Below are positions 12,631 through 24,190 of a stretch of 64,000 nucleotides of DNA, piece by piece. Positions within the stretch are counted from its first letter, which is position 1. Each line of letters starts with the position of its first letter. The notes under the pieces are model-generated. The model was not told where the DNA came from. It saw nothing but the letters and a program-made list of their open reading frames with translations, and did not search any database. This stretch comes from Rhina ancylostomus (lineage: Eukaryota). The translations under genes were made by a program, and so were the position numbers. The stretch is from contig JARFYF010000017.1 of assembly GCA_030265395.1 (NCBI GenBank), positions 11,423,111 through 11,487,110 on the forward strand, read 5' to 3'.

Positions 12631-14740
12631 GCTGGCCAAAAGCATTAAAAAAAAATTAGAGTGAAGTTACAACAATTGTGTAAATGTGTGAAAAGTATTA
12701 CATATGTTTTTGGTGCAACTCTTCACACTTTTATTTTCTTGCCATTATAGGATTTCAGTGTACTTCTCGCGGAGCATTGAGCAAGCAGCTACTCAGTGGA
12801 GTGTTCAAGTAACTTCACAAGCACTTTCAATATATTTCATTCCTTTTCAAAGTGAGAACTTCAGCCTGGTTGTGTAAATAAGATCACCACAGTGTTAGTG
12901 CAATATTCATTCCCTTTTCCAACTGTCAATAATATCATAGTAGAGTACAGCACAGTACAAGCCATTTAACCCACAATGTTGTCAAATATCCTAAATATCC
13001 TTTGGTAATATCATGAAAATAGATCTGGTAGCAATGTGCCATGAAAGTTGAGCAGACTCTGATTTTCTCCCCCTTACCTGACACACAAGCTAAAGTCACG
13101 TCACCAAGCTCCAATTCATAAAGCATATTACTGCAGTAAAAAGAGACATGTAAAATCCAGATTATATAAAGTCATCCATGATGTTCAAAAACAAGATCTG
13201 TTGCAAATTGACTTCTAACTTTCCAAATGCATCCAACAAAAATTGCTTTAAAAATTGGTCATGATGATATTCATGATAAAATTGGGTTTGTGATGTGAAT
13301 ATTTTCTAAAATCAAAGATGGCCCATTTTTCTTCACTGTCATGGAATGGATAAAGCACAGAAGAGCCATTCAGCCCATCAGGCTTGTGCCAGTCCTTTGG
13401 TGGAGTTACCCAGTTAGTTCTAGTCCCAAACTTCTTTCACACTTTTCTTTCTGCTTTTGACCTTTTAAATAAATAATTCTCTTTTGAAATTTACTGCCGA
13501 ATCCATTTCTATCATCCTTAAAGACAGTGCATCTTAGATCACAACTCAGCTGTAGAAAAACATTTCTGAATGCCACCTCAAGTTCTTTAGGCTGTAAGCT
13601 CCAAGTAAACACTACATCAAGCACCACCAATCTTGTAACAACATTCTTTTTCTGAAACTTTATCCTGTCCACTGTTCCTACTGCCTTATCCTTCACTGTT
13701 GTGTTACCTGCATCACCTTCTCTCCAAAGAAGGCAGATATAAAATACTAAACAGAAAATACCGTCACAAGACTCTGAACCACTAGTTGGCCCCACCCGTC
13801 CTTTGACAACCCTTTTACAATTTACATCTTTTTAAAATATAGTTCAATTCCCTTTTATGTTTACATCTAACTCTCATACATTTTTGCCTCTTAGTTTGTT
13901 TAGACCTTGGCTGTGCAGTATTCAGCTTGTATGATGAACTTTACATTTGTCCCAAGTCTTGTTTTCTCAGTTTCTTTTTAACCTTCAAAAGCTTTGTCCT
14001 TGATCATTAAAGCGATACACGTTAGTATAGCAACCTCTCATTGCACTCTCTTTTGACAGTCAGCCCCATGACTTTAATAGAACTGGACATCAGGAGGTGA
14101 GAACAATGGACAGGCTGTGCTCTCAGACCCACTTAATGCTCACAGCCAAAGATTAATTTCTATTCTTACACTGATTAAACCAATGCAGAGCTGTAGCTTT
14201 GAATGTCCTAATCTTCCCTCTCATGGGAATGTGTCTACTCTGTATCTAAACCTCTTTGAAAAGTTCTTTTCATCAACTGTTTTGCCTATCAATTACTATA
14301 TGACAATTCTGTTATTCCAGTTTGTTCATTGGTTACAATGGTAATTTAGATCTTAACTTTAGAAACTGTTTATTTCTGCACCTTTCCTCTCAGAATTGGT
14401 TTCACTCAAGGTCCAGCTGAGGAAAGAATTACTGAGTAATATAAAGCACAAAATTTGCATACACCCAAAAGAATTCCAAAAAATGTTAACTGCATTGATC
14501 CATCTAGTTAAGAATGTGTAGTATTGGGAAAAGGTTCCTCAAATAAGAAAACAAAATGGCAACTCATTATTTTAGGTTTTGCTTGTTCTTGTCATTTGAC
14601 AAGCCTCAATTTCCTACAAATGTCAGCCAAATTAAAGGACAGAAAAAAAAATTAACAAGATCTTCACGGCTGAAATAATTGCAGGAAGTTAATGAGCTTT
14701 GACTTTGGTTAAGTTCTTTTTAATAATCTTTTTAATAAAT

Positions 14741-14940
14741 CCATGTTCTCCCTGTGTGTGTGTGGGTTTCCTACGAGTGCTCCGGTTTCCTCCCACATTC
14801 CAAAGACGTACGGGTTAGGAAATTGTGGGCATGCTATGTTGGCGCCAGAAGTGTGGTGAAACTTGCGGGCTGCCCCCAGAACACTCTTTGCAAAAAAGAT
14901 GCACTTCACTGTGTGTTTCTATGTACATAATACAAATAAA
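14741..14940 (+). mobile_element. V-SINE, young family, 5' truncated
   Basis: gggtttcctacgagtgctccggtttcctcccacattccaaagacgtacgggttagg...gggctgcccccagaacac...ttcactgtgtgtttc. Confidence 0.9.
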
Positions 14941-15639
14941 AACACCTTACCTTACCTTGTACTGAAATGTCCCAAGGTGTGAAGAATGAAAGTGTCCTGG
15001 AAACTAACTCTGTCAAGCACACATTACTTTTGCTGCATTGTAAGCACATAGTCCCTGTGCTGTGGTTTTACCACAACGGCATCTCATTTGTTCATTCCCA
15101 GTTCTGATCTTATCATGTTCTTCTGAAACGTCTCAAATGTCTGCAATATATTAGTTGACTATAGACTAGGCCATTCGTCTTCTCCATTTGTGATTAGAAC
15201 AGGGCAGAGTGCAAGAGGAACATTTGGCTATCCAACTTGGCTGTCCAGGTCATAATTACCCCACAATGATGTTTCAAGTTACAAAACCTATGTCCACAAC
15301 ATTATATCGACAAAACTCCTGTCAAAATAATAAACAGATACCATCCTAAAACTTCATGTTGGGATTAGTCAGAGCAATACATGTACACTTTTGACCCCAA
15401 AAACGAGTACATTTACTGGTAAATATGTCTCTGGTGAATTTGCTAATGCGTTACTTTTCTTTGAAGTGTCCCAATGCTCCTTTCCTGTCAGTTCTCTCCT
15501 CTCAGTTTGTACAGAAATTGAATCGCTGCAGCATCTTGCCGCTTCAACCTTTCTGTCCTGGCTGCTCCAACTCTGCATTGTTATGTCATCAGGTTTTTAA
15601 CCACACATATATTAATAACATTTGGCCTATCTTGTCCAT

Positions 15640-16560
15640 GACAGCCAAAAATGCACTTTCATTTCATCTCACTTCCCATCTCTCTGCCCTCTGGCTACAG
15701 ATTATGGCTCATCCAGATACTTTTCAAATATGCAAGGATTTCTTGCTCCACAAACTTTCAGGCCTTCACCATTGTTGGTTGAAATAATTATTCCTCAGTT
15801 CCTCTCTGTGTCCCTTGGGTACTAACTACCGTTTCTTGATAATGCAATGGGGTGAACCACATTGGCCGATGACAGGCTTCTGTGATCATTCCCCCAATAA
15901 ATATGTCCCTTCTATTTGCCATGTCTCAGATTTTATAATTTTAGACAACTGAATTATATCTCCTTCAGTGTCCTTTGCTCCAAAGCAAACGACCCTAACC
16001 AAGGCAGTTTCTCCTCGTAACAATAACTCCCTAGCCTTAACAAATCCCCAGTAATCTCCTCTGCACCCTCTCTGATGCCCTCAGCTTCCCAACTAGTTTT
16101 ATAAAGCATGGCCAATACAAGTAAGTAGCCTTTCTGTCTTCCTGATCCTACTAGCTATCCTGCCCGGCTGACTTTAGGGATTTGATCCCAATCTTCCTCT
16201 GTACTTTTGCGTATTCCATCATTAAGCATGCATTTTTTTGCCTTGTTCTCTCCAAATGCATTACCTCACATATATCCAAACGGAACTTCATTTCATAATT
16301 TTGTTCCCACCCAACCAGTCAATTGATATTTTCCTGAAACCAACTTTTCTTCCTCACCATTGGCCACTTGCCATTTTTGGCATCATTCACAAACTTAATT
16401 GTTGCCTCTACAGCTAAATCCAAATCATTCGTATATCACAAAAAGCTAGGACCCTGGTACCAAGCCCTATGGAACCCCACTGGTTACAGCACGCCAGTCA
16501 CAGAAATTCCTATAAACCATTTGAGTTCTGCCACTGAACCAATTTTTAATCCAGTATTTG
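15640..16560 (-). mobile_element. Old CR1 LINE fragment
   Basis: Antisense CR1 phrases: ctccaaagcaaacgaccctaacc, aatctcctctgcaccctctc, ccaaatgcattacctcaca, ccctatggaaccccactgg. Confidence 0.65.
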
Positions 16561-17070
16561 TGTGCCATGGGCAATCAAATGTTAATAATAGAGATAATTA
16601 AAAATCTGAAAATAGAAACCTAAAACTCTGTTAATGAAGTTGATTAGAAGGCTATCAGATAGCTGTGAGATCTCAACCGGCTTCACAATCTTCCAGCAAA
16701 ATTCGTCCCCTTCTGCTCTGACCTTTCCATGGCTGCAGTTTCAAACCATCATGGTTGGCTTCTCACTCCCTGCCACTGAGTAGATTTTACTCTATTCTGA
16801 CTGCAATTGTGGTAAAGTTAGAATACAACCGACAGGCAAGAATGCAGCGATAACTAAAGGTAACATCTGATTTTCGTCTGAACTCACAGTTTCCTACGCA
16901 TAAACTATCCCATAATGTTGATTGAACACCCTGCATCTATCTGGGTAATGGTCAGCTCGGAGGAGACCAATTAAATTAACCAGAATTACTTCGGTTTATT
17001 TAACAAAAGTGGGAAGATACCAACAATGCAGGCAAATAGAATTTCCTGGTAAATGGAAACTTTTAAAAAA

Positions 17071-17281
17071 TGTAGATGCTGGAATTCTGAAATATAAAAC
17101 AGAAAATGCAAGAGACCATCATTAGGTCTGGTGGCATCTATGAAATGAGATCCAGACCTAATGTTCCAGGTCAGCGACCCTTTGTCAAAACTATTGACTC
17201 TGAATGAAATGTTAACACTTTCTCTTTCTGTCACTTAGATGCTGTCTGACCTGTTGAGTGTTTCCAGCATTTTCTGTTTTT
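17071..17281. mobile_element. Penelope-like inverted (fold-back) terminal-repeat insertion
   Basis: Left arm aaaacagaaaatgc...aggtc...gcatcta is the reverse complement of right arm tagatgc...gacct...gcattttctgtttt. Confidence 0.75.
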
Positions 17282-17999
17282 AAAAAGAATTTCCTTTCTT
17301 TCTGGCAAGCTCCAAAGTTTTAAAACTTTTATTTAAAATGCCCAGTATCATACTGAGTACTGGAATCCATTAAAGTTGAAAATAGAGTTCAATGAATAAA
17401 AAGCTAATTTGATACTTTGTTTCATTGCTCTAATTTGCAAGGAGGCTTTCACTAAAAAAGAAAATAAACAAATCACCCTACACCCTTGGGAACTGTAAAA
17501 ACATGGATGTCATTCATCCTTGATTACCAAAGCAATCTTCTCCATTTCGATGTGGCTAATTTTTTCCCATGTTTTTAAATTACTGGAGAGATCACTAAAA
17601 TCACTGTAAGTGTTATGTATTGTGTGATTTTCTAAAATAAATTGTCACAGAAATTTTATATACAGTACAAAACTCTACACAGAGCCAAAATACTCATTTC
17701 AATTTCATTCAAGAAAGAACCATGTATATTGTAATGCTGTGTTACATTAAGGACATAATATGCTGGCTCTGAGTCAGACATGACTTTGGAACTAATTGCT
17801 TGCAATTAGCCATCTTGTGATATTCTTCAGATAGAGTGATTGTTACATTACCTTTCCAAATTATATCTCTGATGATGCAAATCACAGCACCAGGGTAATG
17901 TTAGGACAGAGAACCACTGGAGTGGTTCTTTGTTTTGGCATTTCTCTGAGGACTACAAGAATAGATAACGAGTTGAACTGAATTATGAAATCTAGGATA

Positions 18000-18830
18000 A
18001 TGATCCAAACTTAATGCACCTCCTTTTAAAAGTTTACAATTGTATAATCATACAAACCAAAAGAACTGTCTCCATAAATAAAGTTCTGTTGGGACAGATT
18101 GCAAAATGGGAAATATACCATTTGGTCAATTCCCAGGATGAAGAGAATGTCTCACAAGAAAAAGTTGTGCAGCTTGGGACAACACTCATTGGAGTTAAGA
18201 AGAATGAGAGGTATCCTTATTGAAACATATGACATTCTGTGAAGTCTTAAGAGGATAAATATCAACAGGAAGTTTTGCCACCTGGGGAAATCTAGAACTG
18301 GAGGACAGAATTTTAGAAGATTTTAATATATCTCTATTAGTCACATGTACATCAAAACACACAGTGAAATACATCTTTTTGCGTAGTGATTTTGGGGGCA
18401 GCCCGCAAGTGTCGCCACGCTTCCAGCGCCAATGCAGCATGCCCATAACTTCCTAATCTGTATATCTTTGAAATATGGGAGGAAACCAGAGCACCCGGAG
18501 GAAACCCACGCAGACACGGGGAGAATGTACAAACATCTTACAAACAGTGGCCTAATTTGAGATGGGGTCACCCACTTATGATGGAGCTGAAGAAGTATTT
18601 ATTCTCTTGAAGGACCATGAATCTTTGGAGTTCTCTGCCCAGCAAGCTGTAGAGGCTCAACCACTGACTATAGTCAAAGCTGAGAATGAAGGTTTTATTT
18701 CTGGAGTCGAAGTGGATCAAGGATTATGGGGAGCAGGCAGGAAAGTGCACACAAGGCTCAGATTAGACCAATCAAGGCATTTGTAAAGCAGGTTCAAAGG
18801 GCCATATGGACAATTCCTCCTCCTATTAAT
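18000..18830 (+). mobile_element. CR1 LINE fragment interrupted by a SINE
   Basis: CR1 text ggaaatctagaactggaggacagaattttagaa resumes after the SINE as ggggtcacccactt...gaatctttggagttctctgccc. Confidence 0.7.
18335..18556 (-). mobile_element. V-SINE, young family, nested in CR1
   Basis: Reverse complement of the SINE at 37.5 kb. Confidence 0.92.
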
Positions 18831-19004
18831 TATTCCCTACAAACAGTAACCAGTACAAAAGATTTAACATCAAAAAAGGAAGANNNNNNNNNNNNNNNNN
18901 NNNNNNNNNNNNNNNNNNNNNNNNNNNNNNNNNNNNNNNNNNNNNNNNNNNNNNNNNNNNNNNNNNNNNNNNNNNNNNNNNNNNNNNNNNNNNNNNNNNN
19001 NNNN

Positions 19005-19131
19005 TGGGTTTCCTCTGGGTGCTCCGGTTTCCTCCCACATTCTAAAGATGTACGGGTAGGTTAATTTGGGGTTTAAAATGGCCGGCGCGGGCTCATTGGG
19101 CCAGAAGGGCCTGTTACCATGTTGTAAATAA
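19005..19131 (+). mobile_element. V-SINE with alternative short CR1-like tail (5' part lost in gap)
   Basis: V-domain followed by ggttaatttggggtttaaaatggccggcgcgggctcattgggccagaagggcctgttacc...aataaa. Confidence 0.85.
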
Positions 19132-19199
19132 ACTCTAAAAATCTAATCAGGGATGGAATTAGAAACTATAGTTCCCTGGTGGTCTAAGACTAACTGCTT

Positions 19200-19700
19200 C
19201 ATAAAAGATGAAGCATTTGAAACATGATGTTCAAGAGCTCAGAAATGGAATGGCTCAAATCTCCCATAAGTTTACAGGACTGGAGGAGGTTGCATTAACA
19301 GGGAAGGGCAAGACTCTGGAGTGATTTGAAACAAAGAAATTTTAAAATCCAGCATATGTGTGGCGAATGAGCAGCACTTGTGAGTTTGAGTACCAGCAAC
19401 AGAGTTTTCAATGACACTAAGTTTATAGAAGCCATTCAAACATAGAGTCAAATTTAAAAGAAAAAAGGTATGGGTGAAGCTTTCAGCAGCAAATAAGCTA
19501 ACAAGTGCAGAAACAGTTGGTCTGTTGGAGGTGGAATGAGGCAGTCTTAGTAACGGTACAGATATGTGTTTGGAAGATCATCTTGGGATCCAGTATGTCA
19601 ACATGATGCAGTCTGATGCAGCCTCACACAGCTACCTGAGTGTGATAGATTCGGAGGCAAGACTGGAGAGCTTCCAACACGGAACAAAGGTGAAAACTGA
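19200..19700 (-). mobile_element. Old L2-like LINE fragment
   Basis: ggactggaggaggttgca...gggaagggcaagactctggagtgatttgaaacaa resembles antisense L2 ORF sequence; heavily decayed. Confidence 0.45.
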
Positions 19701-20571
19701 AAGGTTGAAATATAACCAGATTCTCTTTGGACTTAGAGAAGACGTAGTCAGAATCCGAAGTTTTAAAGTTAATTAAAACATCATAACATGGAGATACAAA
19801 TTTGTTAATTGAGTATTTTTTCTGTGCTATTCATAATGGTCTTTTATCAAAAACAACAGAAGTTATATGGTTGAATGTAACCAAGCAATCCTGAAAGATC
19901 ATTAAAAAATAGAACAATTATGTATTATTAAAAATCCAGAAATATTTATTTTCCAGTTTAAAAAAAAGATTACCGCAAACTTCTGGTACATATTTCATCT
20001 GAGGATTTGCAAATTAGAACTTGAAATTCATTGATCATTGACTCCTTGACACAACGTTACCAGACACTACGACATGTGGCTTTCTACCTTTTCAATATTG
20101 ACTCCTCTCTTTTTTCTTAATGTAATATTTCAGTTGAAAATATAGTTTCTGAGCTGATCTACAAAAGATGTTTGTATTGCAATACTTGAACTTCTCATCC
20201 TTGATTTTCATCAAAGCAGTATTTAATTGCATTTTTTCTCATGCTACAGTAACCTCAAGTGGTTCTTTGCAAGCCGTACTGATTGTCAAACAACAAATCA
20301 ATAAAGGTCATGCCATTGTGATTTAATCAATCTTTATTCCGTACAAAACCAAAATCAATCCTTCACCTTTGAACCAACTGGCCTGAGCATTGGAAGAAAA
20401 CTGTAATTGCGGTCACACTGATGCAGAGAGGCCCACTGCAGTTATGCACTGAAGCTAACTTGTCCTGGTTGCACCATGGAAATGTATTTCAAATATAAAA
20501 CTCTATAATTCGAATCTTGTAACTCAGTCCTATACATATTTACATTAAAGATTTCTTTTTTTTTAAAGATA

Positions 20572-21085
20572 AGACCATAAGACCAAATATAGGAACAGAA
20601 TCAGGCCATTCGGCCCATCCAGTCTGCTCCACCATTCTTCTTTCCTCAACCCCATTCTCCTGCCTTCTCTCTGTAACCCTTAACCCCCTTACTGACCAAG
20701 AACCTATCAACCTCTGCCTTAAATCCACCCAATGACTTGGCCTCCACAGCCTTCTGTGGCAATAAATTCCACAGATTCACCATCCTCTGTGAGAAAAAAT
20801 TCCTCCTCATCTCAATTTGAAAGGGATGTCCCTTTAATTCTCAGGGGGTGCCCTTGGATCCTAGACTCTCCTACTAATGGGAACATCCTCTCCAGATCCA
20901 GTCTATCCTTTCAGTATTCAGTGGGTTTCAATAAGATCCTCCCTCATCCTTCAGAACTCCATCGAATACAAGCCCAGAGCTATCAAACTCTCCTCATACA
21001 TTAGGCCTTTCATGCCCAGGATCACTGCTGTGAACCTCCTCTGTATCCTTTCCAGGTCCAGCACATCATTTCTTAGATACGGAAC
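20572..21085 (-). mobile_element. CR1 LINE 3' fragment
   Basis: (accataag)n tail, ataggaacagaatcaggccattcggccc, and antisense CR1 ORF end. Confidence 0.88.
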
Positions 21086-22621
21086 CCATCAGGAGAGCTG
21101 ATCAGTTTGAGATGTTGGATTTTTAACACACTCGCCATTTCAGAAAATCTGTCGAAAAGCAAAACACAGACGAATTTCACACATCCTGCCCTGAAAAGCT
21201 ACAACAGTGTTTAGGTTCAGGGAAAAAGAATGTTTACAAATTTGATAGATTCCTCCCCAACCTAAAGCAGATGGAACAGCACAGCTGAGAATATGATAAA
21301 CTGCTGCCGTGACCACCCAGGCACATAATTTTGTTAGGATATGCATATGCTATCAGGGGTGGGATCTGAACAGAAACATACGTTCAGACAAATGTGCAAA
21401 AAATTTCCATTTTGAGTATTTTTTTTTGCAGAAAGTAGTTATGAATGAGGGATACCCAAATCTGCAAAGCAAAATCATTTTACTAATTTAAATCATGACC
21501 ACTTAAAAGGAAAAGTAAATGGCCCAGAATCTGTGATGAAAGTAACAGTGATGTTATCAACACTATTATAACAGAGGAAATCTAACAGCAACTTCGGACA
21601 TTCACACTTGTGCAAATGAATGCACAGATACATGCACTATTGTCAGAAATATGCTCCATCGCCTGGTGCACTATCACAGTCTTACTGGATTCTGCACTGA
21701 AATGTTTACAAGGGCACGAACTTAATGCATTTGCCCGCAGGAACTACCTTTAAAAAAATGCTTGCAAGGCTGGGATTTGTGCATATAGGGTTAAATAAAT
21801 TTTTAATGACACAATGAAAATAACTACTGATCAACCTGTTTGAATTCGATTTCTGAACTGAACCTGTCTGAACTGAAATTTATTTTACAAGTGTGGAAAT
21901 TGCATCCCAAAGAAGATTAGCTACTTTTGTCTCTTTCTGCTCCCTACTATAATGCCTTCTTTATTTCTGAAACTTTCTTTTAGTTTCTAATCAACACTTA
22001 AATAAAAGTTATACTTATTCCATTATGCCTTGTTTGAACAACATGAGCTTTCAGCAATTCTTTTTCAAACTGACAATTTCAAGAGCCATGTTGTTGGTTG
22101 GTCTAGCAAGGTCACTGTGTATCCCCTGAGGTGAGGGTCATGCTGGAATAGATGCTGTATTCAAGGAAACTTCCACTGAAGGGCATAAAGTCCATGACTG
22201 CTTTGAATGAGATGAATCTGTCACAATGTTGAGCAAACTCACAGAGAACCCAAATGCGGCACACCGATACAAGACTGGAGTCAGGATACTTCNNNNNNNN
22301 NNNNNNNNNNNNNNNNNNNNNNNNNNNNNNNNNNNNNNNNNNNNNNNNNNNNNNNNNNNNNNNNNNNNNNNNNNNNNNNNNNNNNNNNNNNNCTCAGGTG
22401 AGTGTCATTATACAATCAGTCCAGCATGGAATCCATGTGCTGGACAACAAGGCATTAAAGGAGCCAAAAATAAGCCAGAACTCAGAACCATGACAGAATC
22501 ACAAGTGCTTTCCTTCACCACTAAGATCAAAATCCAGATCATTGTCTATTAGAACTTACAGGATCTATTCTGACAAGCAAAATAGTCACTAAACAGAAGT
22601 GTACATGGCACAAATATTTTA

Positions 22622-23605
22622 AATCATAATGGGACAGGTAAAGAAGGCCATTCAGCCCATCAACACCATGCACACTAATTAGAGCACTCCCATCAGCGAT
22701 ACTCCCCCACTCTTTCCCTTTATCCCTATATCATTCTCTCTCAAGTACTTATCCAACTTATTTTGAAGGTACTGATAGATTCTGTTTCCACCACCATGAG
22801 TAAAAAGTTATTTTAAAGAACAGTAATTCATGAAATCTAGTGGAACTAAAATTTTCTATTTTTTCCATACAGATACAGATTCAGGATAACTGCAAGAGAT
22901 TGTTCTCTGTTCTACTGATGCTCAGGTAGAAGTAAATTAGTTCCATAAAAGTAGTCTCTATAACATGAATATGAGTTTATAGAGAAAAAGTAGATTGCAT
23001 GCCAGGGAACAAGTGAGAAAACAATAGCGGAGTGAAGAAAAAGGCCCGACAAAAAACTTCCTGAAGGACGATGATGGAAAAACAAAGATCACAGAATTCC
23101 AGACAGCTTATGGCTGGGAAGGGAAGGTGGTAATTTGTCCCATTGGATCCATGGCAGATCTATGCAAGAACCATCCAGTTAGTCCCAGTCCCCTGACCGC
23201 TCCACAAAGCACTGCATTGTTTATTCAAGTACTTATCCCTTCCCTTTTAAATGCTACAATTGAATCTGGCTTCACTATTACACAGATCCTATTTTCTTCC
23301 GAATTTTCTTATACAAGCTGCACTTTCTTCATGTCACCTATTCTTTTCCCAATAAACATCATTCAGTCCCCTCTGATTCTTGACTCTTGGCTAAATAGGA
23401 ACAGTTTCCCATCTTTCAACTCTGTTCAAACCCTTCAGGATTTTAAGTACCTTTATTAGGTCCCCTCTCAACTTCTTCTGTTCCTGGAAGACCAAGCCCA
23501 ACTTCTCCATTCCATCTATGTAACCATATTAACCTGGGAATCAGTCCAGTAAATCTCTGCTGCACTCTCTTTTTGGCCTTCACATCTTTCGTCAAGTGGG
23601 ACACT
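22622..23605 (-). mobile_element. Two old CR1 3' fragments (about 22622-22800 and 23125-23605)
   Basis: aagaaggccattcagcccatc; aacagtttcccatcttt...cttttattaggtcccctctcaacttcttctgttcc. Confidence 0.6.
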
Positions 23606-24039
23606 CATCTCATTAGGGATGCTTGGCCTACAGGATACACAAAGTTAGTTATTATTTTTAATTCTGTAACTGCTTTTGATGTTAATTTAATGTTTTGTAA
23701 TTGTCTATAATGTACTTGATTTTGTGTATTTAAAAAAGATTTACATTCTTTTTAGGTATTTGCATCAATTTTGCTAATATTTTAAATATCTCTAAATATT
23801 AGATGTGTTTAACAAATGTTAAACAGATTCACACCTTTGACACGAAGTAATGCTCAGCCTGCAGCTTCTATGAAAATATTCTGCTCGGAATATTCTTCAG
23901 AAAGTTACAACATCCCCATTGACCCTTAGGAGTCTCCTGCACATCACCCTCAAAGAGACGGGGAGGCATTCAGGATGCTATTGAGAAACTTGTATCCATG
24001 AATTGGGAACACATAGAAGACCTGCTTAGGTAGCAGGAG

Positions 24040-24190
24040 GAGCCCACCACCAAACAAACTACCCACCCTCTCCAACATCTTCTGCCCCATCTGAGGTAGA
24101 GTACGAGATTCCCACCTTGGCCTCATTAATCACCTTGGAACCCACAAAACTGGAGTGGAAGAAAGTCATCCTTAATCCTGATGGACTGGA
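24040..24190 (+). mobile_element. RTE-clade LINE 3' end
   Basis: ttggcctcattaatcaccttggaacccacaaaactggagtggaa encodes a GLINHLGTH zinc-knuckle end, matching the RTE at 43.4 kb. Confidence 0.55.
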
